A stretch of DNA of 64,000 bases from Antedon mediterranea. Lineage: Eukaryota > Animalia > Echinodermata. Below, one piece after another: positions 13,003 through 24,339 of this stretch. The stretch spans positions 362,201 through 426,200 of the forward strand of contig NC_092670.1 of the NCBI RefSeq assembly GCF_964355755.1, written 5' to 3'. How positions within the stretch are numbered: the first letter of the stretch is position 1; each line of letters begins with the position of its first letter. The translations under genes were made by a program, and so were the position numbers. A model generated the notes under the pieces. That model had not been told where the DNA came from and made no database searches. It worked only from the letters and a program-made list of their open reading frames with translations.

Positions 13003-13403
13003 TCATTTTGTGCCAATTGGAGGTTGACATTCTCATATTATTTTCTGGACCAGTTTTTCATGTGCAATCCGAATATATGAGATTAAGAATTTAATTCTTT
13101 TACTACAGTACATACATGCTTCCCTTTATTGTTTCAGTCTGTATGTCTGTAGTTCCTGGACATCTGCGGGCATCACTGTCTCAATCCATTTAGGCTACAT
13201 TTATTCATTCCATCCATTGTGTGTACTGTTGTTGACAAAATCATTGACGTCTGCTGATTGCCATTCTTTAGCAATGAAGTTTGCTCTAAAAGTATGAAAC
13301 TCAAGGGTCTGCTGACATGGTGGCAGTAATGATATATCTGTAATCTTGTTGTGTCTGGAAAACTTTCTGTTGAAGATATCATATCTTGCTTGATTTACAC
13401 TTT

Positions 13404-14041
13404 ACACAGAAAATACTGCTTATTTACGTACCTACTCCAATAGTGAGCCTGATGGATATGTATACAAGCAAGTACGACCTTCACGTATCATCTCATCTGA
13501 AGACAAGGTGCAGAAATTGATTCATGTTTTGACAACAGAATATGTCAACCCATTTGACCCCATTTTAAATAGAGATGAATTGTACAATCTGAGTTCTGGA
13601 GCGCCAGTGAACAAAAATATTGCGGACGGAATATTTAAAGTCCTGTCAAATGGCAAGTCAGTCCATGAAAGCTTTGTAAAGGAAAGGCTTCAAGAGTCAA
13701 CTAAATTGAAATTCCATGACCCTATTAAGCGCAACAAGCTCACTTTATTTTCGAATAGTGGGAAGAAACTCGAAATCAAGGCAAATTGGAAAGTAAAAGT
13801 AATAGAAGCTAATCGGGATGTTTTAGGGAAGCTTCTTGCCACCTCAACAAAGCAAGGTAGAATAATTGACTTTAAGAAAGCCTTTGAGTATCCACTTACC
13901 TCTGTCCCGCTAAGCCTGGCTAATGCAGATGGGACAAGACGAACAACTCAGAAAAGTGTCCTAATGGAAATTCTCATCAAAAAAAGTTCAACAGATGTTA
14001 TGGATCCTGGTCAAGCACTGCCAGCAAAGGCTACTGTCATT
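13404..14041 (+). pseudogene. Academ transposase fragment (middle part)
   Basis: Open frame from the inverted-repeat junction: VNPFD..LYNLSSG..FHDPIKRNKLTLF..YPLTSVPLSLANADGTRRTTQKS; joins in frame to 18095 (KATV|IAYVVDLMA). Confidence 0.8.
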
Positions 14042-14133
14042 ATTTATTTATTTATTCATTTATTTATTTATTCATTTCCCAACCAACAGTGAGCTCATGG
14101 TTCACCACTTACAGGAGGGAACACAGACACGAA

Positions 14134-17100
14134 TTTGGTGGCGCTGCACTGTAGCGACACGGCCTTTCCAATTGCTCTGTGTCGATGTACAACGTTTTGG
14201 CTGTTTTGACTAGTTTTAGTATATATTTTTGTGTGGAAGTTTGGTGAACAATGTTTAAAGTTAATATTTTTTGGAACTACAGTATGCTATGTTTGGTGTT
14301 TTAACTGTTTTAATATGGAGTATTAAGGAGAGCGTAGGTGCTAGCACGGTAACAAATGGCGGGGAGGTGCGGCCATTGTTAACGTACAGCAGAGAATTTC
14401 TCTTAAGTAGACGTGACTTAAATACTACACATTCCTTTGCAACAGGTGCGTACTCAAACATTAACAAAACAAAGAAAAGAAAACGAGGCCAAAGAGGAGG
14501 CGTTAGAGTTCGATTAAAGAAATTAAAGCATAAAACCCCACTGCCAACAGTTGTTTTTGGTAATGTACAGAGTATAAGAAACAAAATAGATGAACTAAGA
14601 GCGAACGTAAAGTTCTTAACGGTTTTTCGCGAGTCGAGCATGATTTGTTTGTCAGAAACATGGCTGACGGATAATGATCCAGATTCCTCAGTTGATCTTG
14701 ACGATTACACATTGATTAGAATGGATAGAAATGAAAATTCAGGTAAAAACAAAGGAGGTGGCGTGTGTGCTTATGTAAGTGAAAAATACTGCAAACCATC
14801 GCATATCACTGTAAGGAGTGAAGTATGTAATAAGGACATTGAATTGCTTGAGATTGATATGCGCCCGTATTACCTCCCAAGGGAGATACATCAAGTGAAG
14901 GTATTTGTGGTCTATATCCCACCATCAGCAGACATTAATATAGCAGCAACTACAGTATATGATCTCATTTCTGAAGCAGAAAATAATTCGCCTGAAGCAG
15001 CTAAATTCATCATGGGGGATTTCAACTCATGTTCATTAAAAGAATACCTACCTACATACCAGCAATATGTTGATTGTCCAACTCGCAACAACACGTGTAT
15101 CGACCTTTGCTATGGAAATATTGATGGTGCATACAAGTGTAAAGCTATGGCGGGTCTTGGCAAATCTGATCACAATATGATCAGCCTCATTCCAATATAT
15201 AAAACCCGTCTTCGTGATAAACCCTCAAAGAAAATAAAGGTAAAACGTTGGACTGAGGAAGCCAGCGAGACCCTTAAAGGGTGTTTTGAATGCACAAACT
15301 GGGATGCATTAACGGAAAATGCAGAAAATTTGAGCGAAGCGACCCTCGTTGTATCCGAATACGTAAGATTCTGTGAAGAAATGATTATACCTGTATCAAG
15401 AATTAAAGTTTTTTCTAATAATAAACCTTGGGTGTCCAAAGAACTCAAAGAACTCCTTAATAAGAAAAAGAAATGTTTTTATGACGGAGAGAAAGAGAAG
15501 CGAAAAGATATACAGAAGCAAATCAAGCGGAAAATTATTGAATGCAAAAAGGAATATAAAAATAAAATTGAAAGGTCCTTCCGAAATCGTGACTCATCTA
15601 AGGTTTGGCAAGGTTTGCAGAATATTACTGGTTATAAACCGAAGGCAAAGGGTGTTGTTGTTGACAATGAAAAGAAATATGCAAATGATTTAAATGCCTT
15701 CTACAACAGATTTGATAAAGTGGACGTTGACTTGAACATGAGGGAAACAACAAAACGCGTTGATGAACTGCCGGTACCCCCGGAACATTTTCAAATCACT
15801 GTGGACGAAGTGAACTTATTATTTAAAAAACTTAACCCACGTAAGGCAAAAGGTCCCGATAATATTAGTTGTAAGACTCTTAAAATGTGTGCCGATCAGT
15901 TGGCCATTCCTTTTTGTAAACTTTTTCAATCCTCTGTAAATGACTCAATAGTTCCAATGTTGTGGAAAAAATCAACAATCATGCCCATTCCCAAAAAACC
16001 AAATCCCAAGGAAATGAATGACCTTAGACCTGTGGCCCTTACATGTGTACCAATGAAGTGTTTAGAAAAAATTGTTAAAAGTAAGCTAGTTGCCTCAGTG
16101 GAGAATCTGCTAGATATAAATCAATTTGCATATCGTCCAAACAGGTGTGTTGATGATGCAGTGCTTCTGCTCCTTAATGTTTCTGAGCACCTAGAGAAAA
16201 AAGGTTGCTTTGCGAGAATTCTTTTTGTTGATTTCTCTAGTGCATTCAATAATATTCCACCATATGTTCTGGCTAATAAGCTTATCGATTTAGAAGTTAA
16301 CCCACTGATTATAAAATGGCTACTTAATTTTTTAAAAGATAGAGAACAGCGTGTTAAGCTTAATCACACGTTGTCCTCGTTGTTGAAAGTTAACACGGGT
16401 GTTCCACAAGGTTGTGTGTTATCACCTTTATTGTATACAATATACACAAATGATTGTAAGTCAAATAATACAAAAACTGAGATTATTAAATATGCAGACG
16501 ACACTGCTCTGATTGGTTATCTGGATTCAAAAGATGATTCAATGACAGGCTTCTTAGACAGTATTAATATTTTTCACAAATGGTGTAAAGATAATTTTTT
16601 AGATCTAAATATAAATAAAACTAAAGAGATGGTTTTTGATTTTCGGAAGAAGATAAACTACCTTCCCAAGATCAAAATCAATGGTGAGACCATTCCGGAA
16701 GTTAAAACTTACAAATATTTAGGGGTTGAAATTGATAATAAACTTAAATTTGATGCAAATAGTAGGTGCATATACAATAAATTACAAAAACGTCTCTTCT
16801 TTCTACGCAAATTAAACTCTTTTAAGATTGACCGTACTATTTTACAACTTTTTTATACTTCTATCTTAAACAGTGTACTTAGTTTTTGCCTAATATGTTA
16901 TTATGGTAATTCACGTTTTAAAGATAGACTTTTACTTAATAAAATAGTTAAACAAGGCAGTAGAATAGTAGGCTCTGAACAAATTCAACCTGAAGTTTTA
17001 TATAAGGAATTAGTAATTAAAAAATTGAAAATTATTTTAAAAGACCACGCTCATCCTCTGCACTATAAATTTAACAAAAGTCAACGTTGTGACAGACTCC

Positions 17101-17410
17101 TTCAAAGAAAAATTAAAACAAATAGATATGGCAATTCATTCGTCCCTGCCGCTATACGATTATATAATGAATGATAATATCATTCATTATATAATCGTAT
17201 AATCGTATTTTATGCGCTAGTTTTATTTTTTGTAGTATTTTAAATTGACTTTTTAGGATTTTATATGTATATTTTGTATGGCTTTTTTTATCGTATTTTA
17301 TATTTTATGTACTGTATCCATTTTATATTTGTATGTACTGTACTTTTGAAAAGGCCAACAGAGTTTCCCCATGGGGATAATAAAGTTTTAATTGAATTGA
17401 ATTGAATTGA
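14134..17410 (+). mobile_element. Apparently full-length Rex1/Babar-like non-LTR retrotransposon
   Basis: 7-bp TSD ACACGAA (14127-14133, 17411-17417); (ATTGA)n tail after AATAAA; single intact ORF. Confidence 0.9.
14289..17174 (+). CDS. APE endonuclease-reverse transcriptase polyprotein (Rex1-like), uninterrupted
   Basis: YSREFLL..KRKRGQRGGVRVRL..PLPTVVFGNVQSI, SETWL, MGDFN, SDH, DFSSAFN, GVPQGCVLSPLLY, KYADD. First in-frame ATG is at 14289. Confidence 0.9.
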   Translation: MFGVLTVLIWSIKESVGASTVTNGGEVRPLLTYSREFLLSRRDLNTTHSFATGAYSNINKTKKRKRGQRGGVRVRLKKLKHKTPLPTVVFGNVQSIRNKIDELRANVKFLTVFRESSMICLSETWLTDNDPDSSVDLDDYTLIRMDRNENSGKNKGGGVCAYVSEKYCKPSHITVRSEVCNKDIELLEIDMRPYYLPREIHQVKVFVVYIPPSADINIAATTVYDLISEAENNSPEAAKFIMGDFNSCSLKEYLPTYQQYVDCPTRNNTCIDLCYGNIDGAYKCKAMAGLGKSDHNMISLIPIYKTRLRDKPSKKIKVKRWTEEASETLKGCFECTNWDALTENAENLSEATLVVSEYVRFCEEMIIPVSRIKVFSNNKPWVSKELKELLNKKKKCFYDGEKEKRKDIQKQIKRKIIECKKEYKNKIERSFRNRDSSKVWQGLQNITGYKPKAKGVVVDNEKKYANDLNAFYNRFDKVDVDLNMRETTKRVDELPVPPEHFQITVDEVNLLFKKLNPRKAKGPDNISCKTLKMCADQLAIPFCKLFQSSVNDSIVPMLWKKSTIMPIPKKPNPKEMNDLRPVALTCVPMKCLEKIVKSKLVASVENLLDINQFAYRPNRCVDDAVLLLLNVSEHLEKKGCFARILFVDFSSAFNNIPPYVLANKLIDLEVNPLIIKWLLNFLKDREQRVKLNHTLSSLLKVNTGVPQGCVLSPLLYTIYTNDCKSNNTKTEIIKYADDTALIGYLDSKDDSMTGFLDSINIFHKWCKDNFLDLNINKTKEMVFDFRKKINYLPKIKINGETIPEVKTYKYLGVEIDNKLKFDANSRCIYNKLQKRLFFLRKLNSFKIDRTILQLFYTSILNSVLSFCLICYYGNSRFKDRLLLNKIVKQGSRIVGSEQIQPEVLYKELVIKKLKIILKDHAHPLHYKFNKSQRCDRLLQRKIKTNRYGNSFVPAAIRLYNE

Positions 17411-18094
17411 ACACGAACATATACAATAACAAACATTAAACTAAACTACTAACAATGTTACGAAACTTACGGAAATTATTACTAAAGATATCTAACTCAG
17501 GGTTTCTTAAAGTAAAAGAATTGTAAGTTTGACTTAATCTACTAATAAAACCATTTTTTAAAACATTTACTCTACTAAAAGGAATATGAAAAGTAGTATT
17601 TCTTCTAAGACGACGACTAGGGACTCTAAGATAAAAATTACTAACTAAGTTACAGTCAAATAAAGAATTAATACATTTATACAAAAAAAACAAGATCAAA
17701 AAAGGTTCTACGAGACTCAGGAGATCGGACATGGAAATGAAAGTCAGGATTCTGGTTGTGGCTGATGTAGCGTAAAAAACGGTTATGCAGACGCTGAATG
17801 CGCGTAGACGGAGTTTTCGAAATAGAATTAAAAATAACAGAACTGAAGTTGAGAATGGGATGGATAATTGAATAATAAAGGTGGATTTTGGTTTGCCTGT
17901 CAAAATGTTTACAATTACGCCACATCAGCCCAAGCAGTCTATTGCACTTGCCAACAAGATAATCAATATGAAAAGAAAAACAAAGGGAACTATCAATATC
18001 AATAAAAACACCAAGATCTTTTTGCGATTGCACCCTATTAATGGGATTGTCATTAATTAAATAATTATAAAATAAAATGTTCTTTTTCAAAGAA

Positions 18095-19108
18095 ATTGCC
18101 TATGTTGTTGACTTGATGGCATTAATCAGAACATTTACATCTTACCCTGATACGTACGAGGATCTTGCAGCAAAGGTTTTCAACATCATCCCTAAAGGAT
18201 ACAAGCGTGTTGATATTGTTGCCAATGCATACTTGCCAAAAAGCATTAAGTCTGTTGAGAGAAACAGACGCGGTATTGCCCCAAAAGTAATTGTAAGCTC
18301 AACAATATCAAAGTTGCCCCGTGATTTCAACAATTTCCTTGCCAACGGCGAGAACAAGACCAGATTGATTGAGCTTATTCGCTGTGTACTAGTGTCAAAG
18401 AAAGAAAGCATTCTAACAGATATGAGGAGTGATGTTATCTACTTTTCATCGTACAAAGAATGCATCTACGTTACTAACAGAGGTTGTATTGGTTCCGGAG
18501 CTTACAGTAATAGTAGTCAAGAAGAAGCCGACACGAAAGTCATCCTAACAATCAAGGCGTAGCAATAATTCGTTCCCATTCTGGAGACATTGATATTCCA
18601 GTCATTGCACTATCTCATTTCATAGATGATGGGCAGAGGGTAATTATTGAGTGACATTGATTTAACAAAAGCGCAGAAATCATCCCTTATTTGATTCCAT
18701 GCTTTCACAGGTAACGATTATAACTCCGCTTTCTTTCGGAAAGGAAAACGTACCTGCTGGAAGCTTCTGGAATCAAAAGCAAAATTTGTTGACACATTCT
18801 GCAACCTTGGAGTGTCAGCTGTTCCATCAAAAGAGTTGTATGAGGAACTTGAAGAGTATGTTTCACTATTGTATGGAGTGAAGGGGAAAAGTGTAAATCA
18901 AGCAAGATATGATATCTTCAACAGAAAGTTTTCCAGACACAACAAGATTACAGATATATCATTACTGCCACCATGTCAGCAGACCCTTGAGTTTCATATA
19001 CTTAGAGCAAACTTCATTGCTAAAGAATGGCAATCAGCAGACGTAAATGATTTTGTCAACAAAGTACACACAATGGATGGAATGAACAAATGGAGCCTAA
19101 TGGATTGA
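18095..19108 (+). pseudogene. Academ transposase C-terminal part with XPG/FEN-like nuclease motifs, frameshifted
   Basis: VVDLMA, FLANGENKTRLI, SQEEADTKVIL, SGDIDI, HAFTGNDYNSAFFRKGKRTCW and LPPCQQTLEFHILRANF spread over several frames. Confidence 0.8.
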
Positions 19109-19859
19109 GACAGTGATGCCTGCGGATGTCCAGGAACTGTTTACACTTTTGAAGACTTTTCAGATTGCAGTGATGTGAGCGATCTTGAAGATTAATACAC
19201 GACATACAGACTTAAACACTAAAGGGAAGCATTATGTAGTAAAAGAATTAAATTCTTGGCCGTATTATGGCTTATTTATCTCATATATTCGGATTGCACA
19301 TAAAAAACTGGTCCAGAAAATAATATGAGAATGTCAACCTCCAATTGGCACAAAATGAATTAATTGACAAGATATTACTAAACGTGATCAGATAGGAGAA
19401 TTGTCTTGCATTTTGGGTCAAAGGTCAGTAAAGTTATTTCTGGTCATTTTTACAGATAATGGAATATAAACATCTATATTCTGGACAGTTTGACACTAAT
19501 TACAACTTTCTGTGTCGAGTAGTTACGGAGATATGGTATCTGTTAGATATTGGGTCAAAGGTCAATTGAGGTATTTCCAGCCATTTTCGGATAAAATGTT
19601 CTATTACATCAAATAGGAACATGTACATTCCGAACAATTTGACACCATAAGTAACTCTCTATGACCAGTGGTTGCCAAGATATCATAGTCTACTGTAACT
19701 GGCAGCCATTTAGAAAAAAAGCGCCCTCACACGAAAGTTCTCAGGTTACAGCCCGTTTACCCAATATATTTGGATTCCCCAGAAAAAACTGGTCTAGAAA
19801 AGTCATATGAGAATTTCTACTTCTCCGGGTGGCACCTACCTCATTCATAGCCTAGTCTA

Positions 19860-20116
19860 ACATGATTCAATCACTTTTATGTTGGTTCGGTGGGGTTTGC
19901 TATATTTTTTTGGAGGTTTGCAGGGTTTAGCAATCATTTTTGACCAAAAAATGATGTTTTACCCCAAAAATAATTAGTTAACAGTAAAAATGTAATATTT
20001 TTTTTACATGGATATACCCAGTGGGTTGTACGCTACATGATTCAATCACTTTTATGTTGGTTCGATGGGGTTTGCTATGTTTTTTTGGAGGTTTGCGGGG
20101 TTTAGCAATACCCCTA
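19860..20116. repeat. ~178-bp-unit repeat family ending GGGGTTTAGCAATACCCCTA (host of the Academ insertion)
   Basis: CATGATTCAATCACTTTTATGTTGGTTCG.TGGGGTTTGCTA occurs twice here and twice at ~37735-38082. Confidence 0.8.
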
Positions 20117-20342
20117 GGCTACAGTAAATCCCTATAACAACGTTCGACTCTCGGTGGTGTGGTGTGATGCGCGATCTGTGGCACTAGTGCAAGCTATAAT
20201 TACTTCGCTCTGGGCATGCCCAATAGCGTGTCGGATTCCCTAACGGTGGGCAGTTGAATTCCGGTGCCGGAATCCTAACCATGGCGTTTTTCATTATTAT
20301 CAATATTCCAATTTGCAGTTTTATCATTCAGAGGTAGAGTAT

Positions 20343-20953
20343 TGTAATATAATGATAATATACTTTTATAATTAAGAAATCAACCTTTGTATTAGATTTC
20401 AAATAAGTTCACAAACTTGGCCCAGAAAGTCCAGAGGAAAGTTTGTCCAGATGTTTTAAAAGTCCATTTAGTTTATAATTGAACCCCTAAAGAAAACACT
20501 TTGCTTAACTTTGTGACCTTTCCCATGTTAAACCAGGAGAGATTGACACTATTTAAGTACAGATTTGACAGCGTTATCCATCATTGAAATACCTTATTAT
20601 ACCGTTAATCACTTCTACTTAAACACCCCTGGATCAACTTAGGACCAATCAGTAACCTCTAAAATGATGTAATTGACATGCAAATGAACTGAGCCAATAT
20701 ACCCCCAAGTTTCAGAAGAGCCCAGACACACCTCACAGCCACACCTCACACCTCACAGCCACTTCTCCAGAAGCAGATCTACACTCACACCTCACCGACA
20801 GCATCACCTAATCCTCCGTTCCTTATAGTTGTATATTGTACTGAATCATTATTGTATCATCTAGTATTATTGAATAAACAATATATGTGTTACTACAGTC
20901 AAGCGAGTAAGAGTCCTCATTACAAGTCAGAAACCTCATAACACTACATTACA
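20343..20953 (+). mobile_element. Solo LTR (Gypsy-like)
   Basis: TGTAAT...ATTACA termini, 4-bp TSD GTAT, internal CCAAT boxes and AATAAA ~80 bp from the 3' end; no internal coding region. Confidence 0.75.
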
Positions 20954-21782
20954 GTATTTGAACAAACTTTAAATTTTAATGCAGCACCTTCAAAATTAGT
21001 TTAATCAGTTAAGTAGTTTTCAAGTCCTATTGGTCCTAAGTTTATCCAGAGTTTTTCAGAACTAGAGAGAGATAGATGCCATGTGTTGTGTCTGGCCAGA
21101 TGAAAGTGGCTACCTGTACATTTATATATAGATGTTTGCTGCACAATAATTTAAAGATGAAGGTGTTAGCAAAATGACCAGGTACAATTACTTTGACTAC
21201 ATGCAGTGTAGTTTATCAAATTTAAAACATGAAAAAAAAAAAAAAAATAGATTATATAAATTATTCAGATGAATCCAAATTTGTAAATAATAAAAGAAAT
21301 TACAAAGAACCTTCAATCAATAATAGTTTAAATTGAAGTTTAAATAAAGAATGTGATTTCTTAAGAGATAATCATAAACAGGGAAAAATTTCATTTTAAA
21401 ATTTTTGTTTAGTCGAGAATCATAGTTTTCTATCATATTTTTTGCTACACAATTGTAGAAATGTGTAGCAAGAAGGTTGTTTTGTATAGCTTTTTGCTAT
21501 GCTACACTGGCAAAATTATTCCCTGATAAATGTAGATAATTAAGAGATTAAACAAAAGATTTTAAGTATCAGGGTAAACAAATCAATTGTTATAGCAAAC
21601 AAAGGAGGCCCAAGTAGTGAAGAATTCTGGCAATCACTGAGGGGGGCAAAGTTCAATCAAACTAGCACTAATTGTTTAAAAGTCCCTGGCACAGAAAATA
21701 TTGTTACAATACAAGTCATGAAGAAAGAATGATACTGTATTTTGAATCTTGGTGCCAACCTAATTATAGCTTTTAACATTAA

Positions 21783-24127
21783 GGCCCCGTTTCTGCTGCC
21801 AAAAATATACCGTATATATACGGTATATTTTATATACGGTATATTTTTTGGCAGCAGAAATGGGTCTCATAAAAAATATACCGTATATATATGCGGTATA
21901 TATACCGCATAAATATCCCCATCGTTTGTGGATATTATACGGTATATTCCAAAATATACCGTATATTTCGTACCCCGTTTCTGCTGCACTCAAAATATAC
22001 CGTATATGTGACCCGGCCCATGACACGAGGTCAAAAACCAACAGAGCGTGACGCGTTTGTTTGGGTTTTTCTGCTGCATTGACACACGCGTGTATAATAA
22101 GCAAGCAACAGATCAAAATATCACTGTGGACTGAAGAAATAACTATTTTTGCAATTCAATTGTGGGGAGAAGCGAAGGTTGGGGGGAGACTACATGGCAA
22201 CAGAAGAGATACCGAGATTTACAAAAGTATCTCAAACAAAATAAAAGCAGAATTTGTGGTAGACTTACTGGGGTAGCACTAACATTTCATTTTGTTTAGC
22301 CATTTGGCGAAAGTCAAAATATTTTTTTTAGTCAAATCATTTTAGCTATAGCCAAAATGGCTAAAGTCAAATTTTTTTTATTTAGCCAAATGAATCGGTT
22401 TATAGCCAAAATTTAAAATTTTTGAAATATAGTGGTCAAAACATTTTAGTCAATTTATCTATGTCAACAGGTCTATACACTGTTCCCTGAACATTTTTGT
22501 AAGGCATTGAGATAAAGAGCCATGCCTAAATCACTGTATGATTAAAAAAAATAATTTTTTGGGTATTTTTTTTACATGATCAAAACAATTGTTCAAATTG
22601 TTTTTAATCATACAGCATTTATACAGTTATCAATTTAATAAGAAACATTTTACAGTTTTCTGAAATCCCCTGAACGCTATGTTACTTTTGTTTTTTACGC
22701 TTGGCTGGTCATGTTTGCGTGTGACGGCTTCCATGGCGTACCAGGCGAAAATCGTGTCCTAGAATCACTCAGAATCACCGCCGCGCAGCGGGTTAATGTT
22801 TTTAAATTGGGTATGCTCAAGAGGTGAGAAAGTGCAGAACCGCCGACCTAGGCCTACAAAATTATGTACAACAACGCAACGGTATATCGTATGCTAAAAA
22901 TATTGAGGAAAATTCCTAGCAAACGAACACTCGTATCGTTGTTAAACGTAAGATAATATAGGCCAAAGCACAGAGTACACGTCTTTCCATCCCTCAAGGC
23001 TGCGCCGAAGCGTTTCTGTCAGGGCGAGAAATTTATCCGATTATTATTTATTTACACAACAACACAGAAGCCGGCGGCCGGTCCCGCTCAGATGCACGTG
23101 TGTGTTTAGCTAAATCCCTGTTAGACACTACCATTTCCCGCATGTTGTTTTGTTTACACTGACGCACGAGGGAAGTTTATTAAGGCTAAAATATGAAACA
23201 TTAAATTGGAAGACTCTAAAATGCATAACGCATACATTTTTGATTTCGATAAGATTAAGACGTCATTCATCAAAGATACTGTAATGTTTCTTTTTAATCT
23301 GAAAAGTACACCCCTATCGAAAAATAGACAATCCCGGTAATTAGCCGACCGGCCGTCGGCTACGTAGTCGATCGTTTGTGCAGCGCACAACACGTGATAG
23401 TTTGGGTAGACTTCATCATCCATGTGTCGTGTAACGTCTGTCTCTCTGTGCAGTCTACCTCTGCTATCTCCATCTTTTTTAAATAACAAAGAGACGCCTG
23501 GTACAACGAAACAAGTTGACGAAAAATGGAGCTTGAAGTATAGTAAACAACGTGATAACGAACAAAATAAATGCTTGGAGATCGACAAATGGACCTTTTA
23601 GTTGGACTTTATGCTTTCGCCAAAATGATTATTTAATTATCTATTTTATCATATGTCATCGCCAAAATGGCTAAAGTAGCCGTTTTATTTTTCGCCAATC
23701 TAGAAATGTTTTCGCCCATGGCGACTTGGCGATCGGCCAGTGCGAGCCTAGACTTAATAATGCCAAAGTTATCGGCAAACGCCGTCGTCTTCTTTGCATA
23801 AATGTAGTCAATGCCCATTCTACATTTCTAGATTGTTTGTGCGATGTAAATTCGTTGCCACTTCTGATCATTAGATTTAAAGTAGCAATGCTAAGACGTT
23901 TTGAGAAACCATAATTGTTTTGTTTTTGTCATGTAACCTCACTACGCGAGACTCTAGGTCAATCCATACTTCCGTCTCACAAAATGCATTTTGGGTATAT
24001 GAAAGCCAACTTTTTTTACAGCCCACCCACGAAGTATGTGCAGCGGAAACGGTGCACGAATTTCATATACGGTATATATACGGTATATTTATACGGTATA
24101 TTTGGGATTGGCAGCAGAAACAGGGCC
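21783..24127 (+). mobile_element. PIF/Harbinger-type MITE (~860 bp), copy 1, interrupted by a 1.5-kb insertion
   Basis: TIR GGCCC(C/T)GTTTCTGCTGCCAA with many subterminal ATATACCGTAT repeats; near-identical to 39820-40678 inverted; flanks TAA/TTA. Confidence 0.85.
22268..23748. mobile_element. hAT-like non-autonomous insertion inside the MITE
   Basis: TAGACTTA is duplicated on both sides and single in the uninterrupted copy at ~40195; imperfect ends CTGGGGTAGCACT / AGTGCGAGCC; subterminal GCCAAAATGGCTAAAGT motifs. Confidence 0.7.
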
Positions 24128-24208
24128 TTATAAATACTGTTGGCCTATTGTATAACTTTAAAAAAGAAATCACGGATATAAGTGTTTCTTTATATATAAA
24201 ATAAATAG

Positions 24209-24280
24209 AATAACCAACAATACACTCACGTCAATAACCAACAATACACTCACGTCAATAACCAACAATACACTCACGTC
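24209..24280. repeat. 3 x 24-bp perfect tandem repeat
   Basis: AATAACCAACAATACACTCACGTC x3. Confidence 0.95.
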
Positions 24281-24339
24281 AGCGGACGTGTTTCAGTCGA
24301 GCTCTCTAGGCATGACATTTCTCTGAACAATCTACAGTA

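Larger units (their letters stand above)
14042..18094 (-). mobile_element. 5'-truncated LINE fragment (RT C-terminus + 3' UTR) inserted in the transposase and itself split by the Rex1-like element
   Basis: (TAAA)n tail on the minus strand at 14042-14077; QKDLGVFID..LYYSIIHPILNFSSVIF at 17677-18090; removing it restores the transposase frame (duplicated ATT). Confidence 0.8.
7318..19859 (+). mobile_element. Academ (AcademX-type) DNA transposon derivative with ~1-kb inverted ends and four nested insertions
   Basis: TIR TAGACTAGGCTATGAATGAGGTAGGTGCCACCCGGAG at both ends and 3-bp TSD ACA. The empty site TACACTACATGATTCAATCAC is seen intact at ~38001. Internal transposase/XPG-like coding fragments are present. 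Confidence 0.85.
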
